DNA of 64,000 nucleotides from Candidatus Thorarchaeota archaeon SMTZ1-45 (lineage in GTDB: Archaea; Asgardarchaeota; Thorarchaeia; Thorarchaeales; Thorarchaeaceae): positions 115,129-179,128 of the forward strand of contig LRSL01000069.1 of the NCBI GenBank assembly GCA_001563335.1, read 5' to 3'. A model generated the notes under the pieces. The model was given only the letters and a program-made list of their open reading frames with translations, was not told the origin of the DNA and did no database searches. A program made the position numbers and the translations under genes. Shown piece after piece: positions 1 through 9,339 of the stretch. Each line of letters starts with the position of its first letter. Positions within the stretch are counted from its first letter, which is position 1.

Positions 1-46
1 GTTTCAGTATGTCCACAGGGAGCTATAAAACGGGAGGAAACCGTAA

Positions 47-664
47 ATGAATAGTATTACTAGTAATACAGTGAATATTGCAATTACTGGAGTAGGAGGT
101 CAAGGAGTTCTAACTCTTTCCGAGATTTTAGCAAGGGCTGCATTAGAATGTGGTTTCAATGTTCGTGTAGGAGAAATCCATGGAATGGCTCAGAGGGGGG
201 GTCATGTCGTTTGTACAGTTCGAATAGGTAAGAATGCTAGAGGTCCAATTATTGATCCAGGTTTTGCTCATCTTCTTGTTGGATTCGAACCCCTTGAAAC
301 TCTAAGGGAAATTAATCTTGTCAAACAAGGCGGATGCATTCTCATGAGTTCTCATGTACAATACCCTGTTGCAGTTTCAATGGGTCACTCTAAATATCCT
401 AGCCATGAAGAAATAATCAAGAACATGAAAAAATATACTGACAGAATAATCGAATTTGACGCTTTAGAGCTTGCAGTAAAAGCAGGAAGCACTCAAGCAC
501 TCAATATGGTTATGTTAGGAGCAATCATTGGTACTAACTTAGTACCAATCACAAAAGAAGTGGCACTCAATGTTGTTCGTACAGCATTCCCAAAGAAATT
601 TGAGAAAATCAATGTTAATGCAACAAAATTGGGTTTTGAAATGGCACAAGCTTGCAAGAAGTAA
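47..664 (+). CDS. iorB: Indolepyruvate:ferredoxin oxidoreductase beta subunit
   Basis: GVGGQG, EIHGMAQRGG and NMVMLGA motifs; the upstream partial sequence ends in a C..CP-like motif consistent with iorA. Confidence 0.9.
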   Translation: MNSITSNTVNIAITGVGGQGVLTLSEILARAALECGFNVRVGEIHGMAQRGGHVVCTVRIGKNARGPIIDPGFAHLLVGFEPLETLREINLVKQGGCILMSSHVQYPVAVSMGHSKYPSHEEIIKNMKKYTDRIIEFDALELAVKAGSTQALNMVMLGAIIGTNLVPITKEVALNVVRTAFPKKFEKINVNATKLGFEMAQACKK

Positions 665-689
665 CTCTCTAATACTAGTATTACAATTA

Positions 690-3047
690 TTAACTAATTA
701 ATTTTGCACCTGCAACGACAACTTGTCCAATTGAAATTCCACCGTCACCTGGTGGTACATTGAGATGTATCAGTGGTTTAAGATTCTCTTTCTTTATTTG
801 ATCAATAACTGCCTTTGTGATAATCCGATTAAGAGCAACACCTCCAGAAAAACCAACATACTTTAGACTCTTCTCTTTAGCTACAGAACAAGCAATATCA
901 GCCAATGAGTTCCCAAGATACCACTGTGCAGCATAAGCAATCTCTTCCTTATTGATACCTTTCTTTCTTAATTCAAGAATTTTTATCAAGCCATCTACAA
1001 TATCTAAATCCAATCCATTTTTCATCGATTTAAATTCAGGAGGGATTCGTAAGTCTGTTTTTCTTGCTACAGATTCAAGTTTCATTGGACATTCACCATC
1101 GTATGAGTTTTTAGAACAAATACCAAGTATCATTGCCACTGCATCAAGGAATCTTCCAGCACTTGTACTATTTATTGTGTTTATTCGACGACTAATTGTG
1201 TCAAGGATAATATCCAGTGAATCTGTGTCCATATCAATTTCAGGTCCAATTGGTGCTGAACCAACAATTTTTAGAATCTCGTTTTTCTCTAAAGACTCAC
1301 TTAGAATTCCTGTAACGGACCTTGCTGCATAAATTGCTGAGAGATCTCCACCAGGATAGTTCACATTTCTGAGACCGCCTGCTCTTTTGAATTCTCTAAG
1401 GTCACCTAGTAATATTTCTCCTCCCCACCCAGTATTATCCATGCTCAAACCATAGCCATCTGCTGTAATACAAACAATACTTGTATCAATTCCCAAATTA
1501 TGATCTGCAATCATAGATGCAAGGTGCGCATGATGATGCTGTACTCGAAAGAGTGGAATATCTTGATCAATACTCATTTGCTCTGCAAATTCAGTAGTCA
1601 AAAAATCAGGATGGTAATCACATGCAATCCCATCGAGCTCGTTTACATCAAGAAGATGAAGAAGATGCTTTATAGCATCAGACAGAAATTCCAAACTTTC
1701 AACTCGATTAATATCACCAATATGCTGAGTTGGATAAATTCTTCCTGATTTCAAAACAGAAGCTGTTACCTTTTCCTCAGGACCAACACCAACTATTTCA
1801 ATAGATTTCCAGAAATCCGTTAATTGAAGTGGATCTGGAACATATCCTCTTGCTCGTCGTAAAAAGACTGGTTTGTTGTTGTCCACAAATTTGACAACAG
1901 AATCATCAGCTCTTTGGTAAATTCTACGATTATGAATCAGAGAATAATCAACTATGTCCTTGAGCTCAGAAACAATAACCTCAGGTTCAATATACATTGG
2001 TACACCCGTAGGGTTTGCACTTGTCATTATCAAAGCAGGCTCATTTGTATATTGAAATAAAAGATGATGAATAGGTGCATAAGGTAGCATAACCCCAATA
2101 GTATCAAGACCTGGTGCGATAACATCTTGCACATCATCTGGAACCACCTCTGATTCTGTTTTCTTTTGTAAAAGGACTATAGGTCTTCGCCAAGATTCCA
2201 AGAGTTCTCGTTGCATATCAGTAAAATATACAAACTGTTCTAGGACTGAAAGATTTCTTACCATTATTGCAAAAGGGCGCTGGGATCTTTTTTTCCTTTG
2301 TCTTAAAGTTTCAATTGCTCTAGAACTGGATGTCTTTGTTGCAATATGAGTTCCTCCAATACCCTGTATCGCAATTACTCTATTCTTGTCAAGCATTTGC
2401 ATAATATATTGTACAGGATTATCTGTTTCAATCTGAATTCCGTTTGCATTAACTACCCTATAGAGAGGTCCACAATTTTTACAAGCAGTTGTTTGAGCAT
2501 GATAACGTCTATCGATAGGATTTGTATAACCTGTATTACAAGTATCACAAAGAGGGAAATCAATCATAGTTGTGTTTGGTCGGTCATATGGAAGATTTGT
2601 TATAGTCGAGAATCTTGGTCCACAAGCTGCACATGATGTAAATGGATATCTATACCATCGAGATTCCTGAGATAACAAATCTTCAATACAATTATCACAT
2701 ATCGCAATATCTGGCGGCAAAATAGGGATAGATCCTTCTGTTCGTGTTTCTAAGGATTTTCTTATTTCAAATGATGTAAATGAATCAGTGCTATTAGTCC
2801 AATTAACAGAAATCGAATCAATACGCGAAATAGATGGAGGACTTTTCTTAATAGTATCAATCAATTTTTTGATATCAGATTTTTGTCCTTCTACAACAAT
2901 CTTTACTCCCGCATCACCCAAATTAAGAACAAATCCTGTGAGCAAGAGAGACTCAGCAATATTATACACAAATGGTCTAAAGCCAACTCCCTGAACTATT
3001 CCTGTCACATGAATATCAGCTCTTTTCTTCACAGATGAAGACACCAT
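690..3047 (-). CDS. hypF: Hydrogenase maturation carbamoyltransferase HypF
   Basis: Acylphosphatase GIVQGVGFRPF, two Zn fingers, YrdC-like domain, QHHHAH, PPGDGGISIGQ. Confidence 0.97.
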   Translation of the reverse strand: MVSSSVKKRADIHVTGIVQGVGFRPFVYNIAESLLLTGFVLNLGDAGVKIVVEGQKSDIKKLIDTIKKSPPSISRIDSISVNWTNSTDSFTSFEIRKSLETRTEGSIPILPPDIAICDNCIEDLLSQESRWYRYPFTSCAACGPRFSTITNLPYDRPNTTMIDFPLCDTCNTGYTNPIDRRYHAQTTACKNCGPLYRVVNANGIQIETDNPVQYIMQMLDKNRVIAIQGIGGTHIATKTSSSRAIETLRQRKKRSQRPFAIMVRNLSVLEQFVYFTDMQRELLESWRRPIVLLQKKTESEVVPDDVQDVIAPGLDTIGVMLPYAPIHHLLFQYTNEPALIMTSANPTGVPMYIEPEVIVSELKDIVDYSLIHNRRIYQRADDSVVKFVDNNKPVFLRRARGYVPDPLQLTDFWKSIEIVGVGPEEKVTASVLKSGRIYPTQHIGDINRVESLEFLSDAIKHLLHLLDVNELDGIACDYHPDFLTTEFAEQMSIDQDIPLFRVQHHHAHLASMIADHNLGIDTSIVCITADGYGLSMDNTGWGGEILLGDLREFKRAGGLRNVNYPGGDLSAIYAARSVTGILSESLEKNEILKIVGSAPIGPEIDMDTDSLDIILDTISRRINTINSTSAGRFLDAVAMILGICSKNSYDGECPMKLESVARKTDLRIPPEFKSMKNGLDLDIVDGLIKILELRKKGINKEEIAYAAQWYLGNSLADIACSVAKEKSLKYVGFSGGVALNRIITKAVIDQIKKENLKPLIHLNVPPGDGGISIGQVVVAGAKLIS

Positions 3048-3181
3048 GATGTTTCGTAACCAATCTCGATATTAATCCAATGAAGTGACAAAATCAATAT
3101 TGTATTACAAGAAATACCAATTCTGTGTTAACTCTTTATAGGTCCTCTTAAGGTTCCTGTAGGAAAAAAGATTGAGCTGCC

Positions 3182-3598
3182 TTGACAATCCGAACAGACC
3201 AATCCCGATCTCTGATGCAAGAACCTGATGTTACTCCTTCAATATTGGCATCTGTACCCGAGTGTCTGAGAGATGTTCTCAAAGAATCAATTAGTCAAAA
3301 AGGAAGAGGAAGAAAATCTGTCTTAATCTCCAGTAATAATCTCACTAACAGATTCATCTTTTCAAGATGGGGCATACGACCTTCGCAACGAAGACGATAC
3401 AAGAATCTCTTCGCTTCTGTAAGAAAACAAAGCCGAGTGGTATTTCAACATTTTCTCTTACGTGGTCGAATTGAGTGGATCGATGATTCTGGGAAAAATG
3501 TCTTTGGGATTTACAAATTTGATGAGATTAGAGGGAATTTGATTCTAGGATTTGTTATGATTACGCCTGAATCAGAATGGACTCTCTCAAACAGATAG
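3182..3598 (+). CDS. Hypothetical basic protein
   Basis: 138-aa ORF filling the gap, TATA-like TTTATA upstream; no recognised motif. Confidence 0.6.
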   Translation: MTIRTDQSRSLMQEPDVTPSILASVPECLRDVLKESISQKGRGRKSVLISSNNLTNRFIFSRWGIRPSQRRRYKNLFASVRKQSRVVFQHFLLRGRIEWIDDSGKNVFGIYKFDEIRGNLILGFVMITPESEWTLSNR

Positions 3599-3831
3599 TC
3601 ATCATTTTTTCCACTTTGTAATACAAATATTCCATTATTGACTGACTGAAAATTACTTAAGACTCTAGATACTCTATTGTATACAAAATTGTATCCACCC
3701 ATTGGGACTTGTGAACTGTTCTAGAAAAAGACATTATAATGCTCTATTTGTAATTTAAAGAGCTCTAATGACTGATACCAGACACATCTCTAACAAGCTC
3801 CAAACATGGATATCCAAAGTGGTAGTTAGAC

Positions 3832-4380
3832 TTGCAATTCAAAAATACTCGACAAACTTCTGATAAGAAAGTAATGAAACAATTGGCAATTGGAACACGA
3901 CACGTACTAAAAGAGCCAATTCTAAAGAAGCTTCAAGAAGGATCTGTGCTAAGTGAAGTTCAATTAGAAACTCTCCTTATCGATTTGGTTTTAGAAGACA
4001 GTCTGGGATCACATATCACATATGAAGATAAAGCAACAATCCGAACAAAATATGGGACCAGGTCTCGTGGCGTTTCAAGAGGGGCATTCAATAGAACTTT
4101 GAATCAGGCTCGTCGAAACTTATCCCGTTGTTTTTACACTATGTTGTTACTAGCATACTTAGGTCTCTTTGAATTAACAATATTTCGTCCTTTCGAAGAA
4201 GTTGCTGCTCGTATAGGTGATTACAGAAGAATCCGCGATATTCTCGCTGGAAAAGTTGAGCTAACAACAGAAGAACTCGAAAGCATTAGAGCTACTGAAA
4301 GAACAATCATGGCTGCACTTGACGAGCTTTCATCCTCACTAGCGCTTAAATCAGAGATATCCAAAAAGAAGTCTGATTAA
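3832..4380 (+). CDS. Conserved archaeal hypothetical protein, putative HTH DNA-binding
   Basis: VSRGAFNRTLNQARRN helix motif followed by YTMLLLAYLG; resembles a TACK/Asgard uncharacterised family (from recall). Confidence 0.65.
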   Translation: MQFKNTRQTSDKKVMKQLAIGTRHVLKEPILKKLQEGSVLSEVQLETLLIDLVLEDSLGSHITYEDKATIRTKYGTRSRGVSRGAFNRTLNQARRNLSRCFYTMLLLAYLGLFELTIFRPFEEVAARIGDYRRIRDILAGKVELTTEELESIRATERTIMAALDELSSSLALKSEISKKKSD

Positions 4381-4384
4381 TCAA

Positions 4385-4396
4385 CAAAGAAAGAAA
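4385..4396 (-). terminator. U-rich terminator of the putative ncRNA
   Basis: Minus strand reads TTTCTTTCTTTG 7 nt after the closing helix. Confidence 0.45.
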
Positions 4397-4403
4397 GCGG
4401 CTC

Positions 4404-4587
4404 GAGCGTGTCGCACCAAGGAGCAATCCAACGTATTTGAGCACAGTCCTTCTCCAGCACTCAAGCAACCATTTAGGTCATCCTGGAGGTTTGTTTGAGG
4501 AGATAGAGATGACAATGACGAGTGCCTGAAACGTCGGAAAGGTGTGTCCTATCCACGTCGGCTTACTTGCCATTGCACGACACACTC
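4404..4587 (-). ncRNA. Putative rod-shaped structured ncRNA (~185 nt)
   Basis: On the minus strand: 13-bp closing helix with 3 G-U pairs, at least six further nested helices, and a downstream U-rich tract. Confidence 0.65.
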
Positions 4588-4786
4588 ATATTATACATGG
4601 TAACAATTATACATAGTTCTATTCTTAGAACGGGAATTTTCGTCATATTTTCATGTTCTATTTGGCGCTTAATCAAACAAATTGATACATGTATTACAAT
4701 TTATACAATTTTGAATACCCGAAGAAACCTTAATCGTAATCTCATGGTGACAATAGATTGTACACCATACCAGTAGTGATGACAAC

Positions 4787-6037
4787 TTGGTTGATGATAA
4801 TAGTCGTGATAGAATCTTCAAAGCAGTCAGGCAACGTATCAAAGAAACTGACGAAATAGAAAGAATACAGGTCATGGCAAATGCAATTGGAGATCGTCGT
4901 TACAGAGACCTAGTAGATATAGTTTCTAGAATTGAAAGTGAAGAAGGCTGGTCCACAGCGCTTGAATACCTACTGAAAGCACAACATCAAAAGTATTCAT
5001 CACCATTTATCATTGGTCAAGACAAAACAAACCTGGAAGAGTTGAAGTATCGAGAGATGGTATTCGAACTATTATCATGTAAAGGACTAGAACCAATCAC
5101 CCCAGGAACAACTGATCTTCTGAAGAATCTGGACCAAGAATCCTCACTTATTGATGCTTCCCGTGTTTTTATAGACATTGTAGAAAAGTTAGCTATTGAA
5201 CAAATACATACTGATGACACACTATTCTTTGACTTCTCTTATAATATTTCAATCTCTAAAGAAACTGTGAAAATCTTAGATCAAGTCAGAAACAAGAATA
5301 TTCATACCATCTCTCTTGAAAGGAAGGAAGAACAATTCAATATCGAACCTCTATGGTACACTGAGTATGGTCGACTTGCCTTGTCAACACTCGGAATCAA
5401 AGGTTTTGTAGTGAACACTGACACATTTGATAGTATACTATCAATAATACAAGTGCCTAGTCTTATTAGAACAAAGAATGTCAATAAATTCTCTTTCAAG
5501 AGTAAAAAGAGAGATTCGTGGACTCGCCCCACAAATCAAACATACAAAAATCTACTGGATTATCTTATTCATCATGATGTGAATAACTTAGGCTTACTAG
5601 GAAGTAGACACTCTATACCACTACTAAATATTCTGCTTGATGGAGCTTCTTCCACATATGAAAATTTACAGTCTTCAAGTGGTTACAGAGAGATACTCAA
5701 TTGTATGAATGCACATCTCTCTGTTCGTGATATTGAATCAATTCTTGTTTTAGAAAAATCATCACAAATGAAGAACACACGGATTGCGACAATGGCAATT
5801 CTAGCTATTGGTAGCTTTTATCATGAATCATCTGCTACGACACTTGTAGATTTGTTGTGTAAAAGTAAAAACAATGAGATAGAGGAAGCTGCTACAAAGG
5901 CACTTGAAAGTGTCTACAAAAGATGTCCTGAGGCTGATTATATTATTACTACTTCATTAAACAATGAATGCAAAAATCGCAGAAAACTAACCAACCTATA
6001 TCGGCGTCTAAGCAAAGAAAAACCATTGTATTATTAG
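4787..6037 (+). CDS. Hypothetical protein with C-terminal HEAT-like repeats
   Basis: 416-aa ORF; AILAIGSF...LVDLLC...EEAATKAL helical repeats. Confidence 0.65.
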   Translation: MVDDNSRDRIFKAVRQRIKETDEIERIQVMANAIGDRRYRDLVDIVSRIESEEGWSTALEYLLKAQHQKYSSPFIIGQDKTNLEELKYREMVFELLSCKGLEPITPGTTDLLKNLDQESSLIDASRVFIDIVEKLAIEQIHTDDTLFFDFSYNISISKETVKILDQVRNKNIHTISLERKEEQFNIEPLWYTEYGRLALSTLGIKGFVVNTDTFDSILSIIQVPSLIRTKNVNKFSFKSKKRDSWTRPTNQTYKNLLDYLIHHDVNNLGLLGSRHSIPLLNILLDGASSTYENLQSSSGYREILNCMNAHLSVRDIESILVLEKSSQMKNTRIATMAILAIGSFYHESSATTLVDLLCKSKNNEIEEAATKALESVYKRCPEADYIITTSLNNECKNRRKLTNLYRRLSKEKPLYY

Positions 6038-6099
6038 TAATACATAAAATACTAACTCTGACGACAAACATAAATCACACTCAACTCTGGCGTGCAAGT

Positions 6100-7485
6100 A
6101 TGAAAAGTTTTGAAACTGAGCTATTCAAGAACATAGATCTATTCTTCAATCCAAAGAGAGTCGCTCTTGTTGGCGCGTCCACAGATTACAGAAAGCTTGG
6201 TAATTCAATACTTATGAATCTATTAACATCTGAAATTGAAGTCTTCCCAATAACACGTAATACAGAACGAGTCTTAGGTGTACAAGCCTACAAGAGTCTT
6301 AGTGATTTACCAAAACCTGTTGATTTAGTTATAGTCGCAGTTGCTGCTAAATACTGTTCATCACTTATGCCTGAAATAAGAAAAGCTGGTGCAAGAAACG
6401 CAGTAATAATTTCAGGTGGTTTCAGTGAAGCAGGTCCTGAAGGCGCAGAATTAGAAAAGAATCTTGTAAAAGCTGCTCGAGAAGCAGGAGTTCGTATACT
6501 TGGTCCAAATTGTGTTGGTATTTCTAATACTCGTTTGTTCAATGGTACATTCACGATGATGCCAGAACGTGGCAATATTGCATTTGTTTCTCAAAGCGGA
6601 GCTCTTGGAGGAATGATTATCTATACTACTAGAGCGAAGAGAATTGGGATGAGCAAGTTTGCCAGCATTGGTAATTCTGCAGATATTGGATTTGTTGAAA
6701 TTCTTAATTACTTCAGAGAAGATTCAAAATCGTCAGTCATTGCCGCTTATATTGAGGGCATTAATGAAGGTCGAACTCTTTTCGAGTCACTGCAAAAAGC
6801 AGCCAAAGTAAAACCCGTAGTCATATTAAAAGGTGGGCGAAGTGAAGAAGGTGGTCGTGCCACTCAATCACATACTGGATCCTTAGCTGGTTCTACCAAA
6901 CTATTTGATGCAATGATACGCCAAGCTGGTTGTGTTACTGCACCAACATTGGATACCTTATTTGAAATTTGCAAACTCTTTGATTATCAACCCAAACCAA
7001 AAGGAAATCGTATTGGCATTATTAGTAATACAGGAGGTGCAGGAGTTCTTGCCACTGATGCCGCATCAAACTTAAACCTTCAAATTGCTCGTCTTGACGA
7101 AGAAACAAGAGAAGAGCTTAAACAAGTTCTTCCACCAATGGCTTCTACCAATAATCCAATTGATGTTGTGGCTAGTGGAGGTAGAAGAGAATATAGGATA
7201 GCTACTGAACTCCTGTTGAAAGACTCTAATGTCGACATACTACTTGTTATATGCGCAGTTCCAACTTTTGCAGGAATGACACAGACAGAACATGCAGCAG
7301 GAACTCTAGAAGGTGTCCGCTCTGTTTCAATAGATAAACCAATTATAGGAGTATGGTTAGCCGGAGATGTTGGCAAACCAGGAAAAGATCTTTTAGAAAT
7401 GAATAAGATACCTTGCTACGATGACCCTGCGCAAGCCGCACTTTGTATTGCAAGAGTAGCTGAATATGCAATCATGCATCGTTAA
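6100..7485 (+). CDS. Acetate/acyl-CoA ligase (ADP-forming) alpha subunit
   Basis: FFNPKRVALVGAS, GPNCVG, SQSGA, SHTGSLAG (phospho-His), NPID; start moved to ATG 6100. Confidence 0.92.
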   Translation: MKSFETELFKNIDLFFNPKRVALVGASTDYRKLGNSILMNLLTSEIEVFPITRNTERVLGVQAYKSLSDLPKPVDLVIVAVAAKYCSSLMPEIRKAGARNAVIISGGFSEAGPEGAELEKNLVKAAREAGVRILGPNCVGISNTRLFNGTFTMMPERGNIAFVSQSGALGGMIIYTTRAKRIGMSKFASIGNSADIGFVEILNYFREDSKSSVIAAYIEGINEGRTLFESLQKAAKVKPVVILKGGRSEEGGRATQSHTGSLAGSTKLFDAMIRQAGCVTAPTLDTLFEICKLFDYQPKPKGNRIGIISNTGGAGVLATDAASNLNLQIARLDEETREELKQVLPPMASTNNPIDVVASGGRREYRIATELLLKDSNVDILLVICAVPTFAGMTQTEHAAGTLEGVRSVSIDKPIIGVWLAGDVGKPGKDLLEMNKIPCYDDPAQAALCIARVAEYAIMHR

Positions 7486-7540
7486 CTCTTGAACTATCTA
7501 TTCTTGAATCCTAATATCAATATTACAATTGATTTACTTT

Positions 7541-7843
7541 CTATGACTCAAGATATTCTTCAGCAATCTGTGGGAACTCCTGCACAACCGCTTCTCGGAG
7601 CTGTTTCTCTACCCACATACTCAAGTTAATTGCCTTTGATTTTCTGATCGCTTTCAAACAAGCTCTGAGATCAGTTGGAATAGAGAAAGAAACGATTGGA
7701 CTTTTACGTTCTCTATTTGGAACAGAAGATATGAACTCACTCTGTTCTGCTACTGCTCTAGTTTCTCGAGCTATCACCCTTGTTGGTTTTTCCTCTCCCT
7801 CTTCTTTTTCCGCTTCTTTTCTATACTTTCCAAGTAAACTCAT
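7541..7843 (-). CDS. Ribbon-helix-helix DNA-binding protein with charged, flexible N-terminal tail
   Basis: IVSFSIPTDLRACLKAI...INLSMWVEKQLREAV RHH pattern; ATG 7843 lies one base after the ATPase stop. Confidence 0.65.
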   Translation of the reverse strand: MSLLGKYRKEAEKEEGEEKPTRVIARETRAVAEQSEFISSVPNRERKSPIVSFSIPTDLRACLKAIRKSKAINLSMWVEKQLREAVVQEFPQIAEEYLES

Positions 7844-7844
7844 T

Positions 7845-8819
7845 CTATTGTACCTCCTTGAGTAATGTTGCATATGCTTCAGAAACAAGCTCAGCAATTT
7901 CCCTAGTTACCCCTGGATTTCCAGAATTTCTAAAATTCTCAGCAGCTACTTGTTGACATCCACGTGCAAGCATCCGTATATCACGTGGATTCCCCTTTGC
8001 TGCTACATTAATGACCTTCACTGCGTCTTCAGTGAAGGGATAAACACTGAAATTCTCTGAATCAAAGCTATCAATTTGTCCTTGTGCATAAGCAATTCGA
8101 CGACCTATGAATTCCCTTGCTTTCGCATCATTGAGTGGGGGAACATCAAGAGGTTCTGTACGATCCGCGATTTGCGGCAAGAATGAAAGCATTGCATTCC
8201 AATATATCATAGTCCCAGACATAACCAAAGTAAAAATAGGTTCATCAAGAGCTCCTGCATATACATCAATCATTTCTTCAGTAGGTAGGTCTGCAAGAAA
8301 TCTCAGTTTATGAAATGCAGCTTCTTGATTGTCTGCAACATCCTCAATGAATAATGCTGTACGACTTTGTTCCTCAATATATCTTCGAAGACTTTCTTTC
8401 GCAACTGCATCAATAATTTGACTAGACTCCCATGATCTTCGATATTTTATTCTAAGAGAATCAGCTATTGCTGATGCCATCTGCTTCTCATAAAGACCAG
8501 TCATACCAACATAACCTGTTATGAATTTGTTACCCTTACGATCAGCCAATGTTGGTAAATCTCTCAATGCTAAAAGCATCAGTGTACTCTTACCTGAGCC
8601 TACAGGTCCACGAATGAAAACATGACGTTCATTTGTAATAATTAAATCAACAATGGAGTCCAAAAAGTCACTATCTTCTATGTACAGACGACTGTCTGGC
8701 ATTTTGAATCCACGAAATGGTGAGAATCTGGCACCAATCTTTTCCTCCCATGCACGAAGAACCTCTTTGCGTGTATTGAAGTGACGAATTAGCGCACTCT
8801 CATGAATTGCAATTGTCAT
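7845..8819 (-). CDS. ExeA/AAA_22-like AAA+ ATPase
   Basis: N-terminal G...PF motif, Walker A GPVGSGKST, variant Walker B LFIED, GNPRDI sensor; SD GGAGGT before ATG 8819. Confidence 0.8.
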   Translation of the reverse strand: MTIAIHESALIRHFNTRKEVLRAWEEKIGARFSPFRGFKMPDSRLYIEDSDFLDSIVDLIITNERHVFIRGPVGSGKSTLMLLALRDLPTLADRKGNKFITGYVGMTGLYEKQMASAIADSLRIKYRRSWESSQIIDAVAKESLRRYIEEQSRTALFIEDVADNQEAAFHKLRFLADLPTEEMIDVYAGALDEPIFTLVMSGTMIYWNAMLSFLPQIADRTEPLDVPPLNDAKAREFIGRRIAYAQGQIDSFDSENFSVYPFTEDAVKVINVAAKGNPRDIRMLARGCQQVAAENFRNSGNPGVTREIAELVSEAYATLLKEVQ

Positions 8820-8871
8820 TTTGTGGACCTCCAAAGATATGGTATCACAAGTACTTCATGTAATACAATTT

Positions 8872-8887
8872 TGAAACAATAGTTTCA
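8872..8887. promoter_or_regulatory. Palindromic operator candidate TGAAAC-N4-GTTTCA next to a minus-strand TATA box
   Basis: Perfect 6-bp inverted repeat adjacent to TTTTATAT (minus strand, ~8889-8896). Confidence 0.4.
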
Positions 8888-9000
8888 GATATAAAATGTA
8901 TGGTAAACTGCGCCATTCAGACACAACCTTTTTGAAGAGAATGAATAGGCTGGAAGTTCAACTCAAGATTAAATATCACAAGTTATAGGAGTAACTTAGT

Positions 9001-9279
9001 ATGGATGTAGATCGGATAAAGCACATCATGAACTCACTAATGATTCTCTCTTTCATGATTTTTGGAGTCTTATCAGGAATAATTCTGATAACAGATGTTC
9101 CACTGACCAACACATCCGTTTCTTTACCTTTTGCATTTTTATATATCTCCACAGCTACCTTTGTGATTACAGCTCAAATTAATGAGCGTCCAAAATTAAT
9201 TCAGAAATATCTTCGAGACTGGTTGATAATCTGTTTCATTGGAATTATCATCAGTGCATTAGCTTTCACATTTTATTGA
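9001..9279 (+). CDS. Small membrane protein (3 TM)
   Basis: Three hydrophobic segments; GGAG SD. Confidence 0.7.
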   Translation: MDVDRIKHIMNSLMILSFMIFGVLSGIILITDVPLTNTSVSLPFAFLYISTATFVITAQINERPKLIQKYLRDWLIICFIGIIISALAFTFY

Positions 9280-9339
9280 TACAAACACAAGAGTTTAGAA
9301 CCACTATGATACACACCCTGCTACCGTACTCTCATAAAA

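Noticed and set aside
4404-4587. SRP or RNase P RNA identity for the rod RNA
   Set aside because: Too short; lacks the SRP helix-8 GNRA/AGCA motif and the RNase P GAGGAA.UCC core
4522-4776. 84-aa ORF, and a tiny SD-led MTMTSA ORF, on the plus strand over the rod RNA
   Set aside because: No recognisable protein features; the strand-biased G-U pairing is better explained by a minus-strand RNA
3600-4786. Possible replication origin
   Set aside because: No repeated ORB consensus and no cdc6 in the window
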